A stretch of DNA of 61,098 nucleotides, the filler included, from Asterionella formosa (lineage: Eukaryota), in NCBI GenBank assembly GCA_002256025.1. It is 7 parts of 7 records of this genome, joined end to end, with 100 filler letters (N's around TTAATTAATTAA, not from the genome) between each part and the next. Parts side by side here need not be neighbours in the genome. Positions count along the whole stretch, not along the records: positions 17,511 to 26,163 come from NKIB01011885.1; positions 26,264 to 34,913 come from NKIB01011894.1; positions 35,014 to 43,662 come from NKIB01011906.1; 4 more parts are not named here. The stretch is one strand, 5' to 3'. Under the pieces are notes generated by a model, which ran no database searches, was not told the DNA's origin, and saw only the letters and a program-made list of their open reading frames with translations. Made by a program: the position numbers and the translations under genes. Positions 24,164-37,290 of this stretch are shown one piece after another; position 1 is the first letter of the stretch; each line of letters starts with the position of its first letter.

Positions 24164-26163
24164 ATGACCATCGCCTCTGCAAACGGCCCAACGTTCGAGC
24201 AACCTCCCGTGGACTTTGCAATCGAACGGAACAACTCGCATGTGACTCCCCGCCAAGGGTGCTTTGCCGCGCAAGTCGATGCCAGTATCAGCAGCATTCT
24301 GGGCGACTGGGGGACTTGCACGGGGAAGCTAGCCTTTTCTCTGAAAGGTCCCCAGCACCTGTCCGTCTTGGCCAATGAGCGGAATCCCACTGCCCTGTGT
24401 GACCTCATGGAAGGAGCTCAGACTGGGACGCACGCTCTTGCAGTCGACGAAGAAGCGCCCACCAAAGAACAAACCATGATTCAGAATGTCTTGCAGCTAT
24501 GCGTCCAGCTGTGCGTCCAGCTGTGCGTCCAGCTGCGAGAGGACGAATCCAACGACAAGACGGCGAAAGTTCCGGCTGCGGCCTTGGCCTCTCTTGTTCT
24601 CAAGTCATCACCCGAGAAGGGCATTCAAACCTCCGAAGTGTCCTATCGCCAACACGTCTTTGGAAGAAACGCTTTGGCAGAACGCAAGCCGTACAGCTTC
24701 TGCAAGCTCTGCTATGATGCTGTGCAAGACTTCGTCCTCATCGTGTTGATCATACTGGGCATTATCAGCATTGTTGCTGTAACGACCTACGGACTAGATC
24801 CAGTAGGGAAATGTGGAACCTGTTGGATTGAAGGCGCTGCCATTCTCGTGTCAGTGTGCATTTTCGTCCTCGTCACAGAAGGTATTGATTATGCAAAACA
24901 ATCTGCGTTTTTGACCTCGACCAAGTCTCTACATGAAACCAACACCAAGGTCGTGCCGCGCAATGGAGTTCCTCTCAGTATAATTGATGATGACATTGTC
25001 GTCGGAGATATTGTGTCGTTAAATTTTCATAAATTGGCCAACATTCCAGCTGATAGCGTCTTACTTGGACCCATGGCAGGTTTAAAAGTGGATGAATGTA
25101 CCTTGACAGGGGAGAGTAAGCTCATTGCTAAACGTCCTGGGGATGTAGTTTTGAGTGGCACATCGACAATGCAAGGAAGTGGTAAAATGATTGTCATTGC
25201 AGTTGGGTCAGTATCAGTCAGTTGCAAAATTCGAGCCCGCGTTAATAAAAGCAAAGAATCCGAGGACAATGATCTGGAAGGAGATTATGTCACTAGTCCT
25301 TTTTTTGTCAAGATGGATACAAATGCAAAAATCATTGGATTGATCGGGACGGTTTGTGCCATTTGTGCCTTTGCGGCAACCACGGAAACAGCTGAATGTT
25401 GTCGTCGTTTCGTCATCTCGGTATATATAGTAGTAGTACAGACAAAAGTCAACAAGCCTTTCATCCCTTTTTGGTTGTGCTCGGATTCTGCCATTGATGC
25501 TGTTGCAAGCTTTTTTTTCATGGAAGGTTTGAAAGTGGATGAAAGTACCTTGACGGGGGAGAGTAAGCTCATTGCTAAACGTCCTGGAGATGTAGTTTTG
25601 AGTGGCCAATCGACAATTCAAGGAAGTGGCAAAATGATTGTCATTGCAGTTGGGTCAAACTCCTCAGTCGGTGGCAAGATGCATGCAAATGCAAAAATCA
25701 TTGGATTGATTGGAATGGTTTGTGTCTTTGCAGCAAGCACGGTAACAGCCGAATGTTGTCGTCGTTTTTTCTCTTCAGAATATATATTACAGACTATCGT
25801 CAACAAGCCTTTCATTCCGCTTTGGTTATGCTCGGATTCTGCCATTGATGCTGTTGCAAGCTTTTTGTTCTTTGTTTTGATGTTGGTTTTTTCAGAGATG
25901 ATGAATTTGCTTTGTCGACTATGCATCGGATGCAAGGAAATTCCAATTGATATATCAGAGGGAGAGGAGAAATTATTTGAGAGTTTTGACCACAAACACA
26001 TCAAAAAAGAGAGAGTTCCAAACTGGAAGTTGCTTATTTTTGTCTTGATTGTTGCAGCATTCTTACTCTGGCATGGAACAAACTACGGACCCAATGGCGA
26101 TGAGCATGTGGGCATTTGTATTTATTTTCATGTACTGGGTGTGATTGTGATTGTCATAAATGT
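24164..26163 (+). CDS. P-type (P2B/PMCA-like Ca2+) ATPase N-terminal fragment with duplicated actuator segment; rearranged, open at contig end
   Basis: FGRN..., QDFVLIVL, WIEGAAIL, VVGDIV, IPADSVL and VDE.TLTGES (twice). No PEGL or DKTGT motif in 666 open codons. Confidence 0.7.
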
Positions 26164-26263
26164 NNNNNNNNNNNNNNNNNNNNNNNNNNNNNNNNNNNNN
26201 NNNNNNNTTAATTAATTAANNNNNNNNNNNNNNNNNNNNNNNNNNNNNNNNNNNNNNNNNNNN
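26164..26263. other. Artificial contig spacer
   Basis: N44-TTAATTAATTAA-N44. Confidence 0.98.
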
Positions 26264-26329
26264 GGCCAATTCCTGGGTTCTCTGATAGAGTTTGTCTCTG
26301 GCAGACTGACGCTCTTGATGTTCTGACAT
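26264..26329 (-). CDS. Possible 5' end of a gene running off the contig (MSEHQERQSARDKLYQRTQELA)
   Basis: ATG at 26329, open to the contig edge. Only 22 codons are visible. Confidence 0.3.
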
Positions 26330-28439
26330 AGTGCCCACTCGTCGTCACTGATAGGCCTTGCTTGCAATCACAACAACAAGACGGTCAGCACACAAATGAT
26401 TCTTATTTTGAAATAATATAACATTTATAAGAAATATTGAAGTGAAACAGAGCATGACGACAGAAAATGTTTCAACGTAACATCATGCATCATTTATGTA
26501 CCGGAATATGCATAAATCTCAGTTTATACCATTTGTATCAGACTATGGTGCCAGGTACCAGGGTATGGTACCTGGTACCGGCAGATGTGTTGCGAGTGCA
26601 AGGAGGTAGGGGACACTCCGTACTTCCTCGCTACGTGGAAAATTCCTTATGTGTATCGTGCACAGACCTCGCTGTCTTTTTATCAAATACGGTATCTTGC
26701 AAATTCTCAGATAACCGCGCGTACCATTTCTTGAAAATTACGCGCGACTACCATTTCGTCGAATCGAGTTTGAGCTCTGATCAGGCATTAAACATCTACG
26801 GGCAATATGAACATGTTTCCAGTCCACGGCTTGATAGCACACGGTATACGAGTGTCCGGTACCAGGTGGAGTGCCAGGTACTCCGTATCTAATCATTCAA
26901 ACCCTCTAGCTGTAGTTACCCTCGTGCATGGTACCTGGTACAATTAGTTGGAGTACATATCGGCACCTAGATGTCACTTCACGTACCGGATGCGGATGAT
27001 AATTACCGGTAATTTCAAAAGTGAACGTATCCCTCATTACCTGTTACCAGGTATGTACTGAGTCCTGAGCCTGCTCGATTTTGTATAGATAGAACACTGT
27101 AGATCCTATGTAGCACGGAATTATGTTCAAGGAATGAAATATACCGGTAACACATACACATTATTGGTACAAAATATTTTTGATGTTCGTTGACTACCGT
27201 TATGCTCAATGCATTGTCCTTGGTTTCAAAAAAGCTGTCATTATCCATAGAACGGGGATAGCTACCATTTTATCAGTTCTAAAGTAGAACATGCAGTTAT
27301 GGAGATCGAAGCCATTTAATTTGACCCATTTCGACTCATAACGTTGACTCTCAGTACATTTTTTTGATGTATACATGAAGTTTTTTACCAACAAACCGTT
27401 TAATTTAACTCAATTGTTACCACAAAAACTATTCTATTACTTTTGTTGATCCTATACTTAGCGGTACCAGCTACCGCCGGTGCCAGGATACCAGGGTTTA
27501 AAGTGCCAATCATAGGAGTACTGGTAGCATATTTGTCAAGTATTCATTCAGACCTTGCATATCAATCACTTCAAATTCTCATCTGTCCGGTGGTCCTCCT
27601 CTTGTTTCAATTCATTTCACAGGTAAATTTTGTGATTTCAAGACAAATCCTGGTTTGTTATGTTTTGGGTAGTCACGCCAAGAGGTCCCAGCTGATGTTC
27701 TACATTTAGGTAGAGGAGAATGCAAAATGATGTCGTTATATATTTTAACATAGCAAAAAAGTCTATTTGGACACTAAATGAATCTACCAACAGAAATACT
27801 TTCTAATACCTGTATACATATATATAAAAGGTGATGCCAGCTGAATAAAGCTAAAAATTAATTTAGCTTCTTTATTCCATTTCTCGTCGACAGCATCCTT
27901 TGGGACCAAATACGGAAGTAACGCTAGCTAATTGACGAGTTCAAAGCAAAATCATGAGTTGTATATATCAACACATCTGTGTACTTAGATCATATTCACA
28001 ATATAATACTATCATATCAACTATTTGCTTTTACTGTATACATTGAAAACCGAATTATATATTAACAAATATACTTTATGATTGATCAATATTTTTTCAA
28101 GGATGTATTGATAACATGTGTGAACATATTTATCCTGTTTTATTATCATTGTATTATTTAAACATGATCACATTTTGATTAGAAATATATCATAAACATT
28201 TTCATTATAGTTTTATGATCAATGTATCATAGCTATGTGACAAAAATTATTCAATATTACATATCATATTTTGGTGATGTATGTATCGAAGTAGTCCTAT
28301 TGTAATATCATATTATCATCTTATCAAAAATTCAATTTTGATTGCGAACTGTATACTGCATCGTACTACTACGGAGTATGATATTATAACACTCACTGTG
28401 GTAACTAAGTACCGGTAGCTGCTGTATTGTACACAAATC

Positions 28440-29625
28440 GACAGTGTACTATGATGTACACACAGGCTAAGCAGGTTTGAGGCAACAGACAGTTCCAATG
28501 AGTGAATGACGATACATTTCCCAATCTTTCCAGTGGCAAAACACAATGATGAAGGACACTTGTCCCTTTATTGATGATGACACGGACACCGGCTTTTCCA
28601 GGAGCAAACAACAATGAAGAGAGCCACTTGTCGCTCTATTGATGGTAACAAAGATGCGGACAAGTTCAACAGTGAATACAAGAACAACATCCCAATGAAA
28701 ACAAGTCAACAGTGCGTGTACGCACACGCTTATCAGGTTTGAGGCAATGAAAAATTCCAAAAAACAAATGACGATACGGATATCAAATTTTTCCAGTGGC
28801 AAACCACAATGATAATGGTGAAGGTCATTCGTCCCTCTATTGCTGATGATATGGATACCCGGTTTTCCAGGAGGAAACTACAATAATGAGAGCCATTTGT
28901 CGCTCTATTGATGGAAACAAAGATTCAGACAAGTTCAACAGTGAATACAAGAACAACATTCCAAATGCGGAAACGAGCGATATGAAAAAGAAATTGTAAT
29001 CAGAATCATTGCATAACTATAACTATGTGGACAGCAGTCTGTTACATTTTCGTATCTCCTTCTAGCTATTCTGAATCTCAATTGCAGATGTAGTATGTGA
29101 GAATTGAAAATGTCAACGAGAACAAGTGGAATGTGTTTGTTATGAGTTGATTTGCTAGATTGTAATGCTGGTGGTTGACGAAATGGATTTACTGTGTGTG
29201 CTGTGTGCGGAACCATTCCGATTTTGTATGATTTCTTCTCTGTAAACTCTTAATTGATGAATGCTGATAATGAACATAGGATCACTTCACGTGATGAATA
29301 ATCAAAGATTTAATGATCACTTGACTGACAATTAAAGACGTTTTCGCAAACAATCATTCCACTCATCATTGCCAGTATTTCGTCATTGTTGCAAAAATCG
29401 GCGTGAGGACTGATGACAATGAGCCAAAGTATATTACTTTAGCTGGCTGGTACATTATCCTACCAAGAAATTTAAATAAAGGAACCAAATAGAAAAAATA
29501 CATATAATAATTAAATATTCATAGTCAACAGGGTTACTATTTGAATTACGAGGGCATTTATCAAAATTATTAGATGATATAACGAAAAACTTATGATCAG
29601 ATAATCATAATCCTATGATGCATCA
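28440..29625 (-). repeat. Second (inverted) copy of the 12780-13960 dispersed repeat
   Basis: Reverse-complement homology. Unit GACAAGTTCAACAGTGAATACAAGAACAACAT occurs at 28659 and 28928. Confidence 0.85.
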
Positions 29626-29821
29626 TAGAAAATATAGTGAGTATCACCCAAAAGTATCACAAATATTCAAAGGTTACAGGCTAGCTGTAAACGTGTGCTT
29701 TCCTTCCACACTATTGTGATAATCAACCAGTACTCAAACCATGTAGGAAATCTGCATTTTATGTACCAGTGTAGAATCAATTGTCAATAGTACTGGTACC
29801 TGCTACTGGTACTTGAATCTA

Positions 29822-30132
29822 GGATGATGGCTCTGTTGGTTGGGCAAGTTGTCTTTGATTTGAAGTTGTGCGGTTCGATTTCCGCAAATTTTTGAGAAGG
29901 AATTGTTGGCTTCGACTCCCACACTCCTCACCATCCCGCGCGGTCTTGCCTGGTGTGCAAGGAAAAGTGGGTTGCCCCCCTACAAGCAGTGCCACATTAC
30001 TAGGTGGTCGGAGTTTACCCTAATGCTGCGGCTAAGATGATCACCTTTCGCAAAAGACGGTTGGGGACTCACCTACACTAACAAAACTAGGGAAGCACAC
30101 AGACTTGTTGGCAGGCCGTGCTATGAAGATCC
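29822..30132 (+). mobile_element. tRNA-headed SINE-like repeat, copy 1
   Basis: A-box TGGCTCTGTTGG (29828) and B-box GGTTCGATTTCC (29872) at tRNA spacing. About 300 bp is homologous to 46027-46326 (inverted). Confidence 0.6.
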
Positions 30133-30337
30133 ACGTGTAACTTGCTCCGTGGTCTTAGTAGAAAGCGCATTATAAGTGAGTTTCAGTTTAAAATTGGCAC
30201 TTTAATCTACCGGTATCTACACTTGAATTCCGGTAATATAGGTGTATGGAATCTATATTTGTATGAGGAGCTGTCCAAAGAATGTTAAGGTTATATGAGC
30301 ATCATTTTGATGACTGTGATCAGTTGTACACAGTGCC

Positions 30338-31120
30338 ATGAGGCGACCTAAGATTAGGAAGCAAATTCTCAAGTATGGCGTCAAGGTACCACCAAAAAAT
30401 GTCGACCATGCAATGGAATTGGATGAGCAAAGCGGGAACATATTCTGGCAAGAGGCAATCAAACATGAGATTTACTCACTTATCAAAATGGAAAGTTTCG
30501 AATTCAAGCAAGAACAATCCCAATTTCAACCCTGGATTTGGATATCAATGGACAACACTGACAGTGATCTTTGACGTCAAACAAGACCTACGGTGCAAGG
30601 CAAGAATTGTGGCTGGTGGACATTGCTCTGGTTGATGATCTTGACAACAATATCTACTTTCAACTGCTGGGAAAGGCATAAGTGTCCGAATGCTACATGA
30701 TATTGCACACAAGCAGAACGTGAAGCTGCTTTGTGGAGATATGAGAAATGCCTACATCAATGCATTCACTGATGAGCTGTTATATTGTCATACTTGATCA
30801 GAATTTGGAAAAAGTTGAAGGGATTAATCATTCTCATCCGAAAAGCACTATATTGCTTGAGGTCATTTTTTTATGCCAGAAATACATACATGATTTGATT
30901 GCAAGAATTGAAATCATGTTTGGTGGCAACCCAAAAGTACAATTCCAATGATTGCAAATGACCATCCAGAACTTGATGACACCACACTACTGGCTGTGTG
31001 ATGATGAACATCAAAAGTTTCAGATGTTAATTGGCATGTTGAATTGGGTAGTAACAATTGGAAGATTTGATGTTGCGCATCATGCCACAATGTCGTTGTC
31101 AAGAATTGCTGTGTGTCCAA
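30338..31120 (+). pseudogene. Ty1/copia (CoDi-type) reverse transcriptase remnant
   Basis: KYGVKVP.NVDHAMELDEQSGNIFWQEAI, IFDVKQDLRCKARIVAGGH, GDMRNAYINA and FQMLIGMLNWVVTIGRFDVA, with frameshifts and deletions. Confidence 0.9.
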
Positions 31121-34100
31121 AAAAATGTCAATTAAAATTTTATAGCACATTAAAGCTATCCAATAATCGCACTTGGGCCAAAATAAATGGACACAATTAG
31201 CTAGTACCAGTTTTATTGTATGATACAACAGGACCTGTATTTTTCGGGCAGAGCGGGCAAGGAATGATTGGTTGGAAGCTTCTGCCACCCTTGTAACTCC
31301 AAAGGAATTGTGTGATGCAAAAGAAGAGTATTTCAAAGGCCATTACAACTATATCGGCTCTGTTGACTCAGGAATTGATACCAAGAGATCTACGCACAAA
31401 TTTTGGTTGATGGGATGATTGCAGGATCATCAACAACACTTACTCTGATACCCATACGCTAAACACCAGAAAATTTCACGAAATGTGATGCTGCTTTGAA
31501 TGATTTACAAGAAATCGGGATACTATTTTGCTATAATCGTAGCAGGCCAAAAAAAGCTGGAATTTGTCAAGCAGGCATATGCTAGCTCCTCCGATACATC
31601 TGTGGGAGGCTTTCTCTATTTAGAAAAAATTCGGCTTCTCAGGTGCTACAATCCATCCTTTGTGACACTGCGTTCTATGGAAAATGGTCATCAGCCGCCT
31701 ATATTGATGAACAAATCGTGCACTTGAATGACGACAACATAATGATGATGGCACGCAACAAGACAAGATTAACAATCAAAATTCGGCTTTTCCATTGGCA
31801 ATAGGGATGAAAATTCAACTGAGGATGATGTTCGTGCAAGTTTCAGGCAAGTCAAACAACTGCGCAACATCAGCAGTTGGGACACTGAAACATTTTGAAG
31901 AATCAAACCCCTTGTCAAGGAGTCAGGCGCTTTGTTGAAGAATAGGGCGCATCCGTGAAAGCATATCATGCATTACACTGTTCTGCTGCTAACCATGTGC
32001 TTAAATATGTTGAACTGCTTCTCGAATTTGTTTCTCACAACAAGCAGCTACAAGCAATCAATGTCTCGAACGAATACATAGTGATCCCACTATAATGTGA
32101 ACGCTTACAAACCATGGGGATCTGTCGATTCAAACTTTCGTGTCTGAAATTTTGATAAATTTGGGTGCAGTCACATCTGCTGTGAATTTCACTGGGCAAT
32201 CCCCACCCTACTAGCTATCATCTTGCTTTCGATGAGAATTGTGGATGTCTAAGTAATTTTTGTATTTAGGGGCAACATGGGGCACAGTGGATTTTTCGGC
32301 AGTCAATTTTAGGTTTGAGCAGCAGGGACCATCAGACAAAGACAGGAGTAGAGTTTTCAAGAGAAAAAGTTTCGACAATTCAAAAATACATGGACCACCA
32401 AATATACCGGTACCGGTATATGCATGAAAAATAGTCACACAAGAATGATTGTAACAAGCATCGAAAATTCGACATGATGTCATTAATCTACCAAAGTATG
32501 AAATGGAAATCGGAAGGTAAGACGTGAAAATGACAAGCAGGGAGTAGAATAAAAAGTGAAAAATAAAATGGGTCAGCGGAAAAATAGTGTGAAAATTTGT
32601 CAATGCATTTTAATTAACAATTGTCAACTAACATTTTTTTGTCGTTGCAGTCCTCGTTGCAACGAAATTTCAGAAATGTTCAGATTGGGCCTGGAGGAGC
32701 AGAAACCGATGCCTGAATGGATTTAGAGGCAGTGCTGGTTTCTATTTTGATTTGGACTTGTGGTTGCGGAAGTGTTGGAGGAGCGAGCAACAGCTTGATA
32801 GTGGAGGTTTGGTGCTGGCGGTGCAGACTTCTGGTAGTATCTGGCAGGAGAAGGAGCAGGATGCATCGAAAATTTACTGGCTGATGTGGGCGTTTGTGGC
32901 TTGGAAAATTGAGGAGGACAGGTTTGAGTAGGTTCATAGGGAGTAATGAAGTTGTTGGTGCTGGCAAGATATGTTGCCCACAAAAGACTTTGCAACAATC
33001 TTCATGCTAGTTTCGATAAAGTGGCTTGCTATTTTTGGGAAACAGGAAAATAATAATGGTAGTGTGTGTATATTATACCTCATGAAAACAACAATCAACT
33101 GGCAACATATTTCACCTCATTGGACAAGCTGGTTTGAACAGTGGATACTGATTTGTTGCATTGTCTGGAAGTGGAGGAGTAACATGACAATAGCCTTCAT
33201 CAATGTTCTGAAGAGAAAGAAATACTTTCATAATTTAGTATACTTGACCATGGTGGGAACTCAAATATGGCAACAAGAATCAACAAGGACATGCCTGTCC
33301 TCTTGCTCTCCCTTGTTGAATATGCATGAGTTCATGAAGAACACCGGTTCCATCATGTTCCGGATGCTTTTTGGAGTTTGCAATAGCTCATTGAGATTGA
33401 GGAGTTTTCATTGTCATTGTAGAAGATTATGCAGAAGTAACAAAAGTAACATTTGTGATTAGAAAGCAATGAAACAATTCTATTGTAGAGCAGCAAAAAA
33501 AGCCAACACATGAGCACTAAAACTTGCTGCCAAGATCAGATTTGAGATAATGTAGGACACGTAGAAAACATATGTCAAAAATATAGTTAAAATTTAATGG
33601 CTGATCACATCTGATGAAAATAACGGTTCAATGATGAGATGGAAGCCTAACTTTGACCTACCATGCATAACGTTTTGAGTTTTGATATTCAACGACTGAT
33701 TGAGGTTGCTTTTGAACAATCATTAATTTATTTATCACTACATATAAAATCTAGCAAAGGAGTTGACCGGAAAGGCTATCAGAAATCAACAGAAAGGGGA
33801 ACCAAAATTTTGGTGCCACTGTGATGAAGCAAGCACAATACAACAATATGAATCACATGAGAAGCAAGTTGAATTACCCAACAACCAGCCATATCCATTT
33901 GATGAAGAGTCAGTACTTGAGACATCAATGAACAGAGTCTGTGTACATCGGAGCATGCTGGAAGATAGCAGGGATCTAAATAGTGGAATTGCCATTGACA
34001 CTTCACAGAAAACCATCATTTTGTGCCTTCACATAGCTCCTCCTGCTCTCTTCCAATGTTTTATATGATGGGCAATTGCAGGAATGAGTAATCCCAAAAC

Positions 34101-34913
34101 TGTACATATGAAATATATAATGTATGTTTTATATGAAGGGCAAGTGGTTAGTTTGCATCCAACATACAAAATATCTAAAATAGGTTTTCAATGTTAACTT
34201 GAAAGGGCAATGTAGTGGCAAAAAGCATCCCAATAGCTAGTTTGTGAATTGCCTAGGTAAGACCCTACTCAGGAGGAGTCTGCCTACTACTAATCTTGTG
34301 TACTTGACTTGGAAGGCCCTTGCAGGTTGACCTTCTTGTAGCGCTGGGGACACCACTTGTTCAGTCAACCTACTCATGCCTCCCAAGCGTGAAACACAAG
34401 AATACTCGAAGGCAGTCTCCACCCTTGGTCATGTCCTACCTTCAGAAATATGGCACTTGGTTGCATTTGTGAGAGCAGCCATCAAGAACATTCTCATGTC
34501 ACAACACGTTTGGAGGTGCTACTCAAGCCTTTTGGTGGCACAACACCTGCTGATATGGCAATCTTGGAAGAATTAAATGATGAGGCACAAAACAGTCATT
34601 TGGAGTTATCCTGGTATGATGAAGACAAGGACAATGAGTTCAAAAACAAAGCCATGATGGGGAATAAAAAACCATGATGGGGAATAAAAAACCATCCTCA
34701 CACTTTAGCAGGCTATATAAGGATGTTTGTACCTGGTAGCACAGTATCATGTTATGGTTTGGTGCTGCCACATGTGACCTTCTATTTTTATCGGCGACTG
34801 TAGTGACGGTTGTAGCGACCGTAGCGACGCTGCTGCACATTTTGTGACAACCAGATACATGCACATCCCAACAGAATGCTTCCAATAGCAACATTTCTCC
34901 AGTAGGCTTGGCG

Positions 34914-35013
34914 NNNNNNNNNNNNNNNNNNNNNNNNNNNNNNNNNNNNNNNNNNNNTTAATTAATTAANNNNNNNNNNNNNNNNNNNNNNNNNNNNNNN
35001 NNNNNNNNNNNNN
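34914..35013. other. Artificial contig spacer
   Basis: N44-TTAATTAATTAA-N44. Confidence 0.98.
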
Positions 35014-36748
35014 GGTCGCTGTCCAGTAGCCGACCCGGCGCTGGCTCACAGGACTTGAACATATACATGTGCTTACCAGTACGTGACTGATTAATTAGAT
35101 GTTCAAGACCTGGATACACGTGCTTTCTGTTGGCAATTTAGTCGGGGAAGACACTTCAAGGCGGCGTAACGAACCAACCTGTAGTCAAGCATGGCGCACC
35201 AATCACGATCGGTGGATACCTATCACGTTCCGTTTTGTCGGTTTACAAAATTTTTCACATGCACATGGAGACTGCACACTTCGTCTGCAGATGCATCATA
35301 TGCAGGATACCAGTATATTGCTCTAACATATCCCTACTTGAAACATGTAGTAGAAACCTCGGACTTAAAGAATGAAAATTAATTTAGCTCCTCCTTTTCA
35401 TTATTCTCTAGAGGCAGATATGCTACTTACTGGAATGCTTCTAATAGATTCATAGAGAATCTAAGCATTGCTCTTCATTCCAGAGAGTTTGTGAAGTTCT
35501 TGATTGTCATTTAATATTCCAAATGTTTGAATCTGATGAACCAATTAGACATTCCCTATGATCATTTAGATAAAGATTTGCTCCAACAAGAACTAATTTG
35601 ATTGCACTTCTACAATAACGAAATCCTGAGGTGCTGCTTTTCCTGTTGTCCACCTGCCTGAGTATTGCCAGTTACACTGAATGGCTGTTAGCTACTCAGC
35701 TGCATCTAAAAAAAATGACAACAATGCTCTCCTCCCCAAGAAGGCATCCCAAATGCTGATGTCTGTCGAAGATTCAAGGATGATGAAGAGGGGTGGGGAG
35801 GGTAGTGAATGTTACTGTCAACAGCCAACAATTATCAGCAATCAGCCTATTCACATTCAACCAACTTACACCAAGTTGAAGACTTCCTCATGCAAGTCTG
35901 AATTTCATCCATGCAAGGGTGGTCAGCCAAAAGGATATTTCTCCATCCCAATTCAGCACCTACCTTCGATAGAAAATTGAAACAATATTGGAACAATGAG
36001 CTACGCCAGAGCGAACATCACCAGAAGACAATTCTATAGATGATCAAGTTTTTGCTAATTTACATAGTAGCGAGATATTTAAGCACAAATTTCGATTCAT
36101 GACGTATAATAGCTTGTGTTGTGATGAAAATATAATGTTGTCAAAAGTATAGTATAGAAATTCTGGTAAAAAATTTCAGGGATGTATCCTGTGGTTACAG
36201 GTAGTTTGATCAAGAAATTCTATACTGTTTGATAAAGTTCCATGCCATGATGATATACTACTTCAATGTCCTTGACCCCCGAGTTTGCTGCCCCCTCCAC
36301 TGTAAATTTTTTTCAAGTTGACACCAAAGAACAACACCTTATAATTGTCTAGACATAGGTCAAGACAAAGTGAGCTGCTATAATTCTGTTAAACCTTGAA
36401 GGCACTGGTATATAATTAGTTAGCGAAGATAATGCGATTCTTTTGAATGTAAATATATTAAACTACTAGAGTGTACCAATAGTGGGTGTGGTGAGCAGCT
36501 GGAGCATCCTGCATCATGTCGTCACTGCCTTCAACATGACAAGAATAGTGAACATCTCCACGAAAATTTAGAACAATGCTGTCCTATTTAGTTGCATGTA
36601 TCAAGTACAACAGAGAAAATACGAAGAATTATTGTTGTAATAGTAACACTAATATTGAAAACGAAAATTGAAGTTGCTGATGGTAGCAACGTCATGTCAC
36701 ATTTTCTTCCTCTTATTTTTCAATTTAAAAATGGCGATCATAGTAAGA

Positions 36749-37290
36749 AGGTTTCTGCATTTGAATGCCTAGCACGAAATAGGGTATAAAAATTGATTCA
36801 GACTAATCAAACACGTACTTTTCACGTATAAAATGAATATTTACGTCGCTACTCAGTGCATTTCAGCATTGGACACCCTTTTCATATGCTTAAATACAGA
36901 AATTGGTCAAATAAATGGGATGGGTATAAGACAATTCTATATATCTTCAGGATATACGATCTGGTGAGTAAGTGCAGAAAGGAATTTCGGTGATTTTACT
37001 ATGCTGAAAATACTAGAATTTACCAGGCCAAACTAAGTTTATTGGCATGGTAAAAACCGGGAAAGTACATTCTGCACTTTCTCGCTAAAAGTTAATTTCT
37101 GTGGCTATATGAAGATTACCTATGTATTTAGATCTCCTACGAACTCTGCCAATGTTGAGCAATTTTCTTCCAAAAATTCTAGAAAAATGGCCTTTTCAAC
37201 GGTCACCAAAATATCGGAATCAGACTCTCTAAGCGCCCAAACGTCATCGGAAAAGGAGTCTTGTGGAGGAATTGTTAGTCGTCAAATCAT
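36749..37290 (+). mobile_element. Harbinger-type MITE, copy C (one end only, more diverged)
   Basis: Starts AGGTTTCTGCATTTGAATGCCTAG (21/24 to the TIR) and is colinear with 11616-12140. Confidence 0.75.

Noticed and set aside
29822..29893. Functional tRNA gene
   Set aside because: A/B boxes are present but there is no convincing acceptor or anticodon stem; treated as a SINE-like head.
30010..30095. Twister or hammerhead ribozyme in the SINE-like body
   Set aside because: CCCTAATGCTGC is superficially twister-like, but the remaining conserved elements and the hammerhead CTGATGA/GAAA core are absent.
32680..34100. Possible Mutator/SWIM transposase remnant on the minus strand
   Set aside because: Only a vague CxSC-like stretch; too degraded to support.
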